Shown here one piece after another: positions 53,101 to 64,000 of a DNA stretch of 64,000 nt. Origin of the DNA: Lingula anatina (Eukaryota > Animalia > Brachiopoda). The DNA lies in assembly GCA_051362555.1 (NCBI GenBank), contig CM120643.1, forward strand, positions 2,294,001 through 2,358,000, written 5' to 3'. Under the pieces are notes generated by a model, which searched no databases, was not told where the DNA came from, and saw only the letters and a program-made list of their open reading frames with translations. Within the stretch, counting starts at the first letter, position 1, and every line of letters begins with the position of its first letter. The translations under genes and the position numbers were made by a program.

Positions 53101-53527
53101 AGTAAACAACAATTCCCCCATACTTACCAATGGTTATGAATGCATTTTTACATTCAAAGTTAGTCCCTGGTTTTTTTCTAAAAAGTTTGGTTTTTTGTTA
53201 AAATCTCTTAAGAGATTTTAACAGAGTATAGCCATCAATGGAGGTCACGTAGTCTAAGACAAGCTCAGATATCAGAATAATAGCTATAACTGCCATTTTT
53301 GTGGTAAAACAGAATATATTATATTTCTGAGTTATTCACAATGTTTTTATTGTAAAATATAGATCTCATACGAAGAGTTATTATCTCTTTAACTACATAT
53401 AATACTATACTTTCTGCTTCAATAAATTTTCTAACTCTACCTCCATAAAATCTTCCAGATTCAGCTCCTCATCATCGTTGTCAGTTTCATTTCCCTTTGG
53501 CATCCCAAACGTCCCATCCATGTCCAT
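46484..53527 (-). CDS. C2H2 multi-zinc-finger protein with polyQ tract, 805 aa; join of 53441-53527, 52039-52492, 51321-51553, 50803-51004, 50023-50212, 49464-49658, 48614-48765, 47903-48095, 46484-47195
   Basis: Nine phase-compatible GT-AG exons totalling 2418 nt. Fingers include YRCKFCPFIAHSPQGMGHHVRTAH, YVCKYCGKSMARKAMMELHLRVHTGEKPFKCDMCPYATGDHNSLRRHRMRHTGEKPYKC. Basic NLS-like RKKPGRKKK and an acidic tract are present. Confidence 0.92.
47903..48095 (-). CDS. Zinc-finger gene exon
   Basis: Two C2H2 fingers ending in the HTGEKPFK linker. Confidence 0.92.
48614..48765 (-). CDS. Zinc-finger gene exon
   Basis: VESLSKLANHKEIHGRDRPYCCDICGKAFKQERQMKNHRTIH. Confidence 0.9.
49217..49398. mobile_element. 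MITE fragment with internal hairpin in a zinc-finger intron
   Basis: CGCCTCCACACGCGCCATT...AATGGCGCGTGTGGAGGCG followed by GGTCGGCCATATTTAG. Confidence 0.6.
49464..49658 (-). CDS. Zinc-finger gene exon
   Basis: FKTEVAQQVHESCH...YRCCVENC...HLWKEH...YTCGQCGYK. Confidence 0.9.
50023..50212 (-). CDS. Zinc-finger gene exon
   Basis: DEENEEEEDDDDEAPRRRRIRPPRMLEHDY...TCSESGCNAR; cacag acceptor and gtatgg donor. Confidence 0.87.
50803..51004 (-). CDS. Zinc-finger gene exon
   Basis: VQDHNNFHAG...RKKPGRKKKAPE...DLES; completes the finger begun in the previous exon. Confidence 0.85.
51321..51553 (-). CDS. Zinc-finger gene exon
   Basis: ...ELFLCGQCSLGFGSIEECKTHM; ttttag acceptor and gtatgt donor. Confidence 0.88.
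52039..52492 (-). CDS. Zinc-finger gene exon (N-terminal finger and polyQ)
   Basis: VVTSYRCKFCPF...QQQQ...AMAAA; ttccag acceptor and gtatgt donor. Confidence 0.9.
52553..52750 (+). mobile_element. MITE copy, inverted partner of 53682-53888
   Basis: Extensive reverse-complement identity with 53682-53888. Diverged relatives at 14983-15155 and 28720-28941. Confidence 0.8.
53441..53527 (-). CDS. Zinc-finger gene first coding exon (exon begins at 53578)
   Basis: MDMDGTFGMPKGNETDNDDEELNLEDFME|gtagag; ctacag acceptor before 53578. Confidence 0.8.
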
Positions 53528-53681
53528 GTTGACTGGGCAACAGGCCCCTGATATGTTAAATGTATTCTGATAACGGACCTGTAGTGACAAAATGGGAAGA
53601 AATTAGGAAATAATGTAAATTTTAATAAGACACTGTGATACTTAAAATAAGATATATGTCAGATCATCATGCAGCTATCTT

Positions 53682-53888
53682 AGGGTGTATTCCCAGAGCT
53701 TTTAGATCGATCTATCCCTGCGGGAGTCTCACTAGATTACTGTCAGATAATCCGGCTTAAATGTCAACTACAAGCTGTAAGGAAATAATTAACTTGCGTG
53801 CCCGCTTGGCTGACAGCTATTTAGCGTGAACCCCGAGGGAGTTAGGTCGATCTAAAGTAGATCAATCTAATCTCTGGGAATTGGGTCT
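53682..53888 (-). mobile_element. MITE copy, inverted partner of 52553-52750
   Basis: Shares CCGGCTTAAATGTC, GTGCCCGCTTGGCTGACAGCTATTTAGCGTGAACCCC and TCTAATCTCTGGGAAT with the partner in opposite orientation. Confidence 0.8.
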
Positions 53889-54820
53889 TACATATCTAAC
53901 ATTTGGATATGTCCAATGTACAGTATTCTGTTAAAGTGCCTAAAGTGACAATGGGAAAATAAGGAAATGGAATATATTATAGTCCAAAATTCATCTCTGT
54001 CATATGTACAATATCCAGCCATTGTTTTTCTTAAATGGTTCATTTCCCCATTGATATACATACAGCTACCAGTGACACCCTTCTCTCTAACAGCTAGTGT
54101 GGGGAATATTGAACTGTGAACAAGTGAGCAAGTGAGAGGAAACCAGAGAGACAGGGAGAGAATGTGTAAGCAAGTGTTTGTGTGGAGCATACAGTATTTG
54201 AAGGTGAAGTCTTCATCCTTCCAACATTTAACTGCACAAAAAATGTAACACATTCAAATTGTATTACAATTTTTATTTTCTCCATTTCCCATCTGTTTCA
54301 GAGACTGATCTTACTGGTACAGCACTATGAACTGCAAGTGCTCTTAATATGTTTGGCAATGCTGAGAAACGAAGAAATACCTTCATTTCCTATAACTTAG
54401 TTTGGGTTGCAGAAAATATTGTGGCCATCGAGCTCTCAAGTTCTTTCAAAATCAAAATTTATAAGAATGACCAAAACCGACGACAGTTGTAGGTTAAAGT
54501 TAAGATGTCAAATTTTAAATGTACATATTTCGAGCACGAGCACCGTGATACTTAAATGACACCATGCCGTATATTATTGAAATGAAGAAGTACACACAAA
54601 CGTAGTTCATAAATATTGCCGCCAGAGATTTGCCAAAGCTTTATCCTCTACCCGATATACGAGTTAGAAAAACCTTCTTAACCCAACCAAATGACACATA
54701 TTTCTGACATATTAACGCATATCTAATACAAATTGAAACTATGAAATAAGTCAACTATTACCATTATAACGTATCGTTCATATAATTTGTATTTTGAAGC
54801 TAATTTTTAATTATTTTTAC

Positions 54821-54895
54821 CTCGAACCAGTACACCCTTTGTACAGCCGCAGAAATGATGTCCTTCTATTTGATTGGCCAAAATTCGAATCTCAC
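54821..54895 (-). promoter_or_regulatory. Probable promoter and short non-coding first exon of the zinc-finger gene
   Basis: GAG|gtaaaa donor after 54821, Inr-like TCATTTC at ~54858 and GGCCAATCA (CCAAT box) at ~54871-54879 on the minus strand. Confidence 0.5.
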
Positions 54896-55318
54896 CTAAC
54901 GCAATTCGAGCCAGGCTTCATCATAGATGGTTCATTACAGTACTTGTAAGGCGCATTCTTCTTACTGATCAATATGGGTAGTTTGTAAGAAGAAATATCG
55001 ATTACATTATAATTTCTTCATTTGCAGTTTGGTTTCATTTGGTTTGCTTGCTCAACATCATGGTAGTTTTCCCTTTTTAGCCCGTGCTTCAGAGGTCATT
55101 AGTAATAACTTTCACAAACCTGACAAGCAGCGTATACATGTAGGCCTACATCTCGCCAACATCTGCATCCCATATATTTGTAAATAGTGAATTTATTTTC
55201 CTTGAATTATAGGTTAACTTTTGCATATATCGCTTAGAGCAATTTAACAGCTGGAGTGACTTAATTAAAAAAACAAAACAAAACAAAAGCGTAGTCGATC
55301 GCGAGTCGCAACATGGTG

Positions 55319-55353
<35 letters not shown>

Positions 55354-55363
55354 GCGCGAAAGC

Positions 55364-56271
55364 TATGGGCGGCCAAAAGGGCAAAAATTCATGTCGTCGA
55401 TTCAGTTATGTTTCGTCGATTCACTGCCTTCCCATCGATTCAGTTTCAAGTTTAAACGATCCTGTCATAAATTCAACATCTACTTTCGTCAATTCAATTG
55501 TCAAACATTTCTCATCTATGGTGTATTAAAACCAATGCTGTCACTATTTTCGTCGATCGTGTAACTAATCTCGTCGATCGTCAAACTGTTTTCGTCGATC
55601 GTGTAACTATTCTCGTCGATCGTCTAATCTCGTCGATCGTGTAACTATTCTCATCGATCGTCTCATCGATCGATCGCCAGAGGGCGCTGCGGTAGCAACA
55701 CGTGCTTCTGTCTGTCAATCACGCGGTAATTTTTAACTCGGCCAGCCATGGTCAGAGTTAAGCACAACTAGAAAATAATGTCCCTACAACCGAATATCTT
55801 TTAATTATTAACAACTAAAATTGAAATTGTTGAGAAAATGTTCTTATTTCACTAGCAATCATTTTGTTGTCTGCCATTTTGATAGTCATGTGATAGGCCA
55901 ATGTGCTACCGCAGCGCCCTCTGGCGATCGATCGATGAGACGATCGACGAGAATAGACGATCGATGAGAATAGTTACACGATCGACGAGATTAGACGATC
56001 GATGAGAATAGTTACACGATCGACGAGATTAGTTGGACGATCGACGAGATTAGACGATCGACGAGAATAGATACACGATCGACGAAAATAGTGACAGCAT
56101 TGGTTTTAATACACCGTAGATGAGAAATGTTTGACAGTTGAATTGACGAAAGTAGATGTTGAATTTATGACAGGATCGTTTAAACTTGAAACTGAATCGA
56201 TGGGAAGGCAGTGAATCGACGAAACATAACTGAATCGACGACATGATTTTTTGCCCTTTTGGCCGCCCATA
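55364..56271. mobile_element. 908-bp foldback/MITE with ~330-bp TIRs and a 6-bp TSD
   Basis: TATGGGCGGCCAAAAGGGC...GCCCTTTTGGCCGCCCATA flanked by GAAAGC at 55358-55363 and 56272-56277. The arms carry TCGTCGATCGT sub-repeats. Confidence 0.92.
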
Positions 56272-56904
56272 GAAAGCCATATTTAACTTTCATGATTTGA
56301 AATTGATCTTGAACTTTTTTCACATAAAACTGCAAGTGCCAAAAAAGGGCTCCTAGTTGGCTCTACAAGGCCAAAAGTGTCTAACTGGGCCAACTAGCCC
56401 GGTCTCCCCCAAACTAGGGGACAAATGGTCGGCATGATGATAAAAATGAGATAATTTTAATTATAAATGTCCTAAAAGGCACGGAGCAAGGTCGCATCTA
56501 TGCTTGTTTTTAGGAGACATCAGCTGGACCTTATTTGAACTAGCGCTTCATATCACAATGAAAATACAAGAACGGCTCTGCCAAAATTTATTTTTATGAT
56601 AGAACACGACAAATAATTATATTAGATGCGAACTTATTAAATATTTTTAGAATATCTCCGAAGATGAAAAGTGAATAAATTACGTATGCGGTAAGTAAAC
56701 GGGCACCGAACTGACATTTGGCACAGCCAATGTAACCTAGACTAAGTTTTCAAAATTAAGTAAAAATTTATGTATTTTTGGAAGTGCTTCTATTTTTTAA
56801 CGTCAGCGGGCGCCTCTGGTTTTATCTATTTCTGTTTTAAGTTTTCTTGATTGTTTTACATTTATTACTTTTCATGCGTCATTTCAAACTTCAGGTCACA
56901 ATAC

Positions 56905-57090
56905 TTATACGCTGTGACCGCGATCGTTCAACATTTTCTCCGATAACTTCCAAACTTCTCTCGCCAGTTCTGGATCGACAGCAGCCTCTGACTTGGGCTG
57001 TGCTGCCTGGCAGTTATCAAAGTAGAAACCTCCCCGACCCTCTAACTCTTCTGCAACGGCGCAATACGCACTGGTCGCTGCACCCTGCTC
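56905..57090 (-). CDS. WWOX: WWOX-like terminal exon
   Basis: [27 protein letters not shown]...WKLSEKML...*. Confidence 0.92.
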   Translation of the reverse strand, partial: EQGAATSAYCAVAEELEGRGGFYFDNCQAAQPKSEAAVDPELAREVWKLSEKMLNDRGHSV

Positions 57091-60000
57091 CTGAAACAAA
57101 AATGGGAAAGGGATATAACTTATTCTGTTATTTGATACAGTACATAATAGCGTAAGTAGGCCTAAACTGCAGGGATTACATTTTGTTTTTAATGCGGGGA
57201 GGTAAACGGGGGTAACATCTTAAGCAGCCATTGTTTTGTTAACTTGAATAAATGAACGTGGTATATGAAAATACTGACTTTTCCTGGCTAAATTTTACAT
57301 ATATACCGCAGGAACCGACGTCCTTTTACCCATACATACATCAGGATATGTGGGACTATCAGTCAGAAAAACTTCCAAATGGTTTGCTGAAGGGAAGGGG
57401 GTGGGAACAAACCTGCCGAACTCAGTTTAATAATAATTCGTTTAAGCAAGTAAGTTTTATATTTGATATTTCAATATGTTATACGTACAACAGTTTTCGT
57501 AAACGGTTTTGTCATTACAAACAAAACCTTGGATAACCACCAGTGTCGCTGAATATTGGTGGATATAAAACCGCCAGGGTGCAGTACGTTTGCAGTTACG
57601 CCATGACGCGCCAGCTTCAAGTTCAGCTCCTTTGCAAAAAGCAAGTTGCAAAGCTTTGTCTTGTTATACGTCGAAAACCGTGAATAACTTGATGCATCGG
57701 GACTGGATAGTTTACTTTCTGACACGTTGCTCATTTTCAAATCGGAGAGTCTGAAAAATGACATACTTTCAAACTTTGACACACAATTAAAAACTTTTAT
57801 ATTTATTAGGATCATGGATTACATCAAGAATTTTTGATCACATGAATACTAGCATTTACATTTCCAAAGTTTGAAATCCGTTGGATGTCCAGAATTCCAT
57901 AAACGCAAGATTAATATTTAAGAGTAACATAATGAGTTACATAACATTCACTTGAGGCGATATAATGAGAAAAAATTCTATAAAACAAAGGCAATATGTC
58001 CTTGCGCACTTACACTGGTATATGAATTCTACCGCGCGTACAAGTATTCTGAAACTCAATAAAAACTGAGTAACAACTTTAAGTTTACATCTTTATAAAG
58101 TTCCTGACACGCGGTACTCACTGCAGCCCTCTGGAAGACACCGAGACCACTCGGGCGGGACTGGAGCGTCTTAACACCTCCTCTAAAAGCAAAGTGAGGT
58201 AAAAGTGACCCAGATGGTTCACTTGGAAGGTGCTCTCTAATCCGTCCTCCGTCAGAGAGAACGGCACGGACGCTATGCCGGCATTTAGTATCAACATATG
58301 GATGGGCCTGAAATTGAATTATAATTGATAAATATGATTTTTACCCTCCTTTCTAAAAAATTTGTTGTCTTATAGTGGTACCATGCATGCTGTTGTTGAA
58401 CAAGTCCCTGTCTGAGACTTGTATTTGAAAAAAAAAATACTTGGGGTTAAACTGCGTTTTTAATCTTTATCTATTTTAATATAATTTAATTCATTTCATT
58501 TATTATTGTTTTTCTACCACCATTTAACTCCTTTCAGCGACAGTTAAAATTTTATTGGTCACACACTGCAGCAAAAGTGAACCTTTTCTTGAATGGTTTT
58601 TAACCGTGCAAAGATTAAAGATCTTCTTTAATAATATTCTCAATCAGCGATCATTAACCGAGAATACATGTACAGCTGAGCTACATAGCGGTGAATTTGA
58701 AACGCATCTTACCAATTTGTCTTCTTGTACTCTTCTCCAAAAGCTTTAACGCTCTTCAGTGATGCCAACTCCAGCTGCATAACCCGGATTTTTACCGAAT
58801 CTTTCTCGGCCCGGATCATATTGGCACTTTCCTCGCCGCGGTCCACGCTTCTGCAGGCCATCACCACGTGCGCTCCGTGCAGCGCGAGAGCGCGTGCGGT
58901 CTCGTACCCTAGGGTAGTATTAGAAGGCATTAAGACAGATAAAAGTGTTAAATTCGGTTCTTATTCAGGTATGTAAATCAGGTATGTAAATCTTGGGATA
59001 GATTAACGGAATCTATTATTCTGTTACAATCCACGTTAAGAATAAAACAATCATAGATTTTACAGGCATTCCTTTGAAGATATGATAAGCCCGTTGTTAA
59101 GATCTTTACAAAACCTCAGGCCATGCCAGCTGACTTTACGGTTCTTCATTTCAAAGTCAGAACTTACCAATTCCACAGTTGGACCCAGTAACTATGGCGT
59201 ATTTCCCCGTCAAATCTTTCCCCGCCATGACCTCCAGAGCCGTGGAGTAGGAGTTAAATTTGGAGACGATGTCCACTTTCCCCTTTCCCTCTACCACAGC
59301 AGACGACAGCGTCTGTTCACTGCAACGCATTAATATAGGCACTGTACTCGGTGTGCGTTAGATTTTACGTGTAAATGACGGATCTTGTGAAAAATTAATT
59401 AGGTGAACATTCATTTGTTTCGTACATGAAACGACACAAAAAATTAATGAACGGGTGAATGACTGAATTTTTTAAATTGTGAAAAAAATATGCGTGGAAA
59501 CTTGTGAAAATTATACACAACTTTAAATCATAACGATAAATAAATTTACACGATAAATTGAATACGTTGAAAGCCATGTTAGACCTGTTAAGGAGAAGAT
59601 AACACGTACTCAATTTTGTTGTCATTCCCGTCTCCTGTTTGAAGCTGGGCATCAGTGCCCTCTGAAAACGAGAAGAAAAAAAAATTAATGTTAGGTCCAG
59701 CCGAACTATTGTCGTCCATATTCGAATCTCAAGTGAGCTTTCAACATAATAAAGGGCGAAGCAGAGGGATCAAGTTCAAAAATATTTCAGCCTCAAAGTA
59801 TATGTAAAACAAACTTAAGGAACTTGTAATTACATTCAGATACGTGAAGGACTTGAATATGTTTGGACAAGCTGTCGGCTTTTTTGTCTCATTCTCGAGT
59901 TTTAAATTAATATTTTTAAAAATATTAAAATATGAATTCAACAAATTCAACATTTTTCTGCAATCGTTTTAACAATAGACAATTCAGCTTGGACATAATC

Positions 60001-60750
60001 TAAATCAGAGAGCCATCGGCCTTTGATTACCAACGAATCAAAGTCCTATGGCCAGTCACACCGTGCCCCATCAAAAGCATTGTGTTCATACCCCGCTATC
60101 AATACTGGTTTGATTCCACAAATCTGACCTCGTCGTATTGGTGTTATCGGTAATGAACATGACCTCCCAATATGTTACACTGAGCTATTGTTGAGATACA
60201 TTTGGGCTCATTGCTAATAAAACTATTACATCGTTTTACAGAGAAATTAACTAGCTTTACAACCCTAAAACATAAGACAATGCATATTACAAACTATGGT
60301 GCCTTAAATTGTCGATGGCGGCACTCTCGTTAGGGCGTTTTGTCTGTCATTTTGAAAATTGCCATTTTATCGTCCTAAATGACTGTTGTGAAAAAAAAAG
60401 CTGATGTGAATTTAGCATCAATTTCTGCCATAGAAGTCACCTTTTATTCAGGGTCACAGTAATTAAATCTCGGTTCAATTCAACCGGTTGAGATTCGACG
60501 CCTGGGGAGGCGTGTGAGAGGAGGAGAGACCATTACAGGACTAAGTGGTCTTCTTTTCATGTAGGTCTGCCATATTTAGGTCGCAGCCTAGCTAGCACTC
60601 GGCTCTTCTCGATCTGAATGGGGCCTATCTCATGATAACGTAGAATTGTTCCAATTGGTAACAGGTAAACATGAAATTTCAGAGGGCCAAATACTGGTAC
60701 ACAGCCGTGAGGAATACCATACAAAAGTTATGAAAGCACTACAAAAACAG

Positions 60751-60792
<42 letters not shown>

Positions 60793-61249
60793 ATTTGCCT
60801 CAATTTGCCTGGTATATTATGAACGCAAAATCTTTTAACATTAAACACCCAACCCCTTCTTTCTGGGATCCTCCCCCAACAGTCTTACCAATTTTAGATA
60901 TTTCTCCGGTTAGAGGGTGTTCCCATTGAGTAGTGCGCGCTTTTGTGCTAAAATAAAAGACACTTAATGAAAAAATACCGAAAAATCTTATGATAGCGAA
61001 CAGGTCTACAAATACCGAGCTCAATTTCTTATTAAAAATTTAATTTATTATCTTACACAAGACTTGCAGACGTATATTTACTCAAATTACATTTATTTCA
61101 AGGAAATCTAGTTAAAATTGACCATACTTTACGTAATATACCCGTCCGTTCGCACAAACTCTTGCCTCCCAGCCGACGGGCAGTGACATTTTCCCCTGGG
61201 GCTCAGCACCTTGCTCGCTGGAAACACTCGCAGTCCGTTCTTCAGACAT
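56905..61249 (-). CDS. WWOX: WW domain-containing oxidoreductase-like (WW + SDR), 404 aa; join of 61128-61249, 60889-60947, 59610-59661, 59168-59319, 58713-58908, 58122-58307, 57489-57750, 56905-57090
   Basis: WW1 is [30 protein letters not shown]. The SDR domain has [25 protein letters not shown], catalytic YNKTK and [11 protein letters not shown]. Exon phases and the 186-nt exon match vertebrate WWOX as recalled. Confidence 0.93.
57489..57750 (-). CDS. WWOX: WWOX-like exon 7
   Basis: ...[16 protein letters not shown]...VLHPG...KPFTKTV. Confidence 0.92.
58122..58307 (-). CDS. WWOX: WWOX-like exon 6
   Basis: [61 protein letters not shown]. Confidence 0.92.
58713..58908 (-). CDS. WWOX: WWOX-like exon 5
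   Basis: [21 protein letters not shown]...KKTNW. Confidence 0.92.
59168..59319 (-). CDS. WWOX: WWOX-like exon 4
   Basis: ...[26 protein letters not shown]. Confidence 0.9.
59610..59661 (-). CDS. WWOX: WWOX-like exon 3 (degenerate WW2 position)
   Basis: Strong tcgttttcag acceptor and gtacgt donor. Phase 1 to 2 is exactly what is needed to join exons 2 and 4. Confidence 0.75.
60461..60626 (+). mobile_element. MITE fragment in a WWOX-like intron (family with GCCATATTT...CTGAATG end)
   Basis: Close match to 12603-12801. Related ends at 17398-17558, 34056-34114 and 49217-49398. Confidence 0.7.
60889..60947 (-). CDS. WWOX: WWOX-like exon 2
   Basis: [20 protein letters not shown]; ttttag acceptor and gtaaga donor. 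Confidence 0.9.
61128..61249 (-). CDS. WWOX: WWOX-like exon 1
   Basis: MSEERTAS...[18 protein letters not shown]; gtatgg donor. Confidence 0.88.
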
Positions 61250-61456
61250 TCTTAGTATGTACCGTACAAAGATATGACTTAACAAGATCAAATCCCCACG
61301 TGCTTCTCTGGTGACCCGTGTCCTCAAATCACATTGTCTTTGTGCTCGTGCTTGCACAGCCGAGGCGAGATTTCTACCCAGAATAGTGTACTGTGTGTCG
61401 ACAATATCACGAGTTACTCGCGGTCGTTATCAGTTTTAGCCTGCAAGTTGTGCAAA

Positions 61457-61464
61457 TATCGATA
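61457..61464. promoter_or_regulatory. DRE-like palindrome upstream of the WWOX-like gene
   Basis: TATCGATA about 210 nt upstream of the ATG. Confidence 0.35.
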
Positions 61465-62212
61465 CTGATAACAACAAATCAGCCTAAATTTTTGAGTTCT
61501 AACAGTGGCATGTACCCAGTCCTTCGTTATTTATAAAAGCATTAAAGCACTAAAAGAGAAAGTGTGCATGTTAGTAAACTTAAGGTGATTACGGTGGGGT
61601 TCGGCAATTTTTTCGAATTATTCGAGTACAAAAATGTTTCTTTACGTTTGGTAAATATTTTACTAAAGATGCGTCCTGAATTATGACCGATTCTGCCATG
61701 GTAAATTGCATACTTGTATTTCTATGATAATAAACTAACGAAGTCATGGATGACATCAACTAACGTGCACAACCGAGTTAAAATTAATATCACAGATGAC
61801 TGTCACAAAAAGCGTGGATCATCATGATATGCACATTTCCAATATTATTTACAGCTTTATTACAAACGATGAACATCAAATTTTATGTTAAAAATCCAAA
61901 ATACCAACGCCAACAATAAAAGTCATTTATGCTTTTTATTTCTTTCAAACTTCTACTTAACTTCAATTTTTTGCCCCCCCCCCCCCCAAACAAAAAAAAA
62001 CAAAAAAAAAAAAAAAACCCAACAAGTCAAGATTACACACCCAGTTAGATCTGCCTTGGTTACGTCACAGTTGTACAAATTCAGCCAGACTCACTAACTG
62101 GAGTCATTGTACAGTTAATTATTACACACTTGTTGCTCATTTAATCATCTGAGGAAAGTCATTCCTGAATTCCTTGTACACTGTGCCTGAGTTTAGAATT
62201 GGTCAGCTGTTA

Positions 62213-63831
62213 TCATGAAGCTGAAGGGTCTATTCTTTTTGTTTCAAAACTGATGACCTGCAAGGCAGATAAAAAATTAATTCACAAAAGGTGATTAAAA
62301 ATTTTAGTAAACGGTCCGAGTGCACGTCCCACATTCCATGAATTTTAACAAGAATCAGCAAAAGCAAAATACAATCTTACTCAATGACAGAGTTTTTTTA
62401 TCATATGATTTTTTTCTTAAAGCAGCTAATAGCAAATATTTTCTGATGCACATAGAATTCCTTCCATATGTAATTAAAAAAAAAAAATGAAAAAAAAAAA
62501 TCACCTGTTTCACGTGATCTTCAGCAATTTTCTTCATTTCTTCCTTCAGATTTCTCGAAGTGGTTAAATCCTGGAAAAAAAACAAAAGAATGTTAACATA
62601 ACAAACTGTAAAATAATACATCTTTAAACTATAAAGCATAATGTTGATCAGAGTGATAGAAAGCATAAACATCTTTGAAATACCTAAAAAGAGATGAACA
62701 TCTCCTTTAATTAATTAATATAAAATTGGAAGTATTGTAAATGATAATAATGTGACAGAAAAATCCAACCATCAACTTATTATTTATTGGGGTTCAATAA
62801 ATCAGCTGGACTTTTTATAAGAATCAGAAATTATGCTGCGTTAGAGATGGACAGCTGACAACTTATAGCATTGTTCTATATGAAACTTGCCGACATATTT
62901 TTATTATTGCTTAACAGGTATAAAGTTATGGCAAAGAGGCAATAAGATGGTGAAATCTGGACAAAATATGGGTTAACATGGTTCATTTTCACAAATTAAT
63001 TCAAACTCTGAAATGCAATGGTTTATGTCACCTTCAACAAACACTTAGCTGACGAAGTCTCCCACAGACGGTCAGTAGGGGCAGCTGTCAGTGGTCAGTA
63101 CTCACCATAACGTACATCTTGGTCAGTTTATAAAGCCGTGTCTTGCAGGACGCATAAAGAGAGTGGTCAGCTGTTATACCATTAGCTACCAGAGTGGCTG
63201 TGACAATCTCCTCCAGTTTCTAGGTGAATAAATGAAATGGAAAAATGTACATCATTAAAATAACTTTTTCCACAGGTGGTCATCATGAGAATTGGACAGG
63301 TATAAAGATGTTGCATTTTTTGACATATTTATCCCGAAAGAGACTGCAAGTGAGAACTACTTGGAAGCCACCTAAACTTCACTGCTTTTCAAACAAAATA
63401 TTTTGTTTTGAAAAGCGCATGAAGAAATATGTTAGCAATGAAAGTAAAAAATCTAGGTCTTTTCATTTTTTTTCATTTCTATTAATTTTTATCCACTGAA
63501 GTACTCAGATAATGTGATGCATAGGAAGTAACAGAGATTTTTTTTCATTTTTTAAATATATGATTATAATTTTATTTATTATCTATTTATTTAGTTATTT
63601 TTGCAAACAGTTTCCAAAAAAAGAACTTCTAACTAGATGTCCAAATTGTACCGACTAGTATTGTAAATTATTTTGACTAACACAAAGAAAATGACAAAAA
63701 AAAAAAAACAAACATTTCTCACCCTCCTGTGTCTCTCTGATCTGGACTCTCTACTGACTGGCTGGGATGATGACTGGGCTTTGGCAGACATCTTGGATTG
63801 TGCTGCCAAATCTTCTCTACCAGAATCTCCT
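62213..63831 (-). CDS. MTBP: Mdm2-binding protein (MTBP), 3' part; join of 63723-63831, 63106-63219, 62505-62570, 62213-62257; 5' exons lie beyond the window
   Basis: The spliced C-terminus RESRSERHRRKLEEIVTATLVANGITADHSLYASCKTRLYKLTKMYVMDLTTSRNLKEEMKKIAEDHVKQVISFETK resembles the MTBP C-terminal domain (human ESRSQKHTR...DLKTSRGLFEEMKK...QVIDW, from recall). Confidence 0.88.
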
Positions 63832-64000
63832 CTGGAAAATGCCAAAATTATCAGGTCTTATGATATAAATATCCTATTACTAATCTCAACCTGGCATAAG
63901 CAATTTTCAACACTAAAGAAATATAACTGACCTTCTATTATTCAAGAGACACAAATTTTATCAATAAAATGCACTAGTGGGCTGGATTTGGTCTTAAAGT

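Noticed and set aside
55313-56280. Two near-identical ORFs on opposite strands (55313-55564 and 56050-56280), and TCGTCGATCG repeats that look CRISPR-like
   Set aside because: Both come from the inverted arms of the foldback element. There are no unique spacers or cas genes and the context is eukaryotic.

Overview
AT-rich, intron-rich eukaryotic DNA, probably a marine invertebrate or lophotrochozoan (inferred from gene structure and repeat types). Four spliced genes, all on the minus strand, were assembled by hand with GT-AG boundaries and exon phases checked. (1) A 161-aa four-EF-hand calmodulin-like gene (35483..1095), split within the EF2 loop by a 23.5-kb intron. (2) An 805-aa polyQ C2H2 zinc-finger gene (53527..46484). 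(3) A compact WWOX-like gene (61249..56905) with a degenerate second WW domain and no recognisable NLS. (4) The 3' end of MTBP (63831..62213). The rest is MITEs, Helentron-type non-autonomous elements, a Tc1 relic and simple repeats. The most interesting signal is a strong internal promoter near the 3' end of the calmodulin-like intron. It has its own coding first exon and a possible 46-nt switch exon, predicting either a C-lobe-only calmodulin or a 45-aa micropeptide plus a separately initiated C-lobe. There is also a candidate N-lobe-only terminal exon. Most ORFs in the supplied track are spurious.
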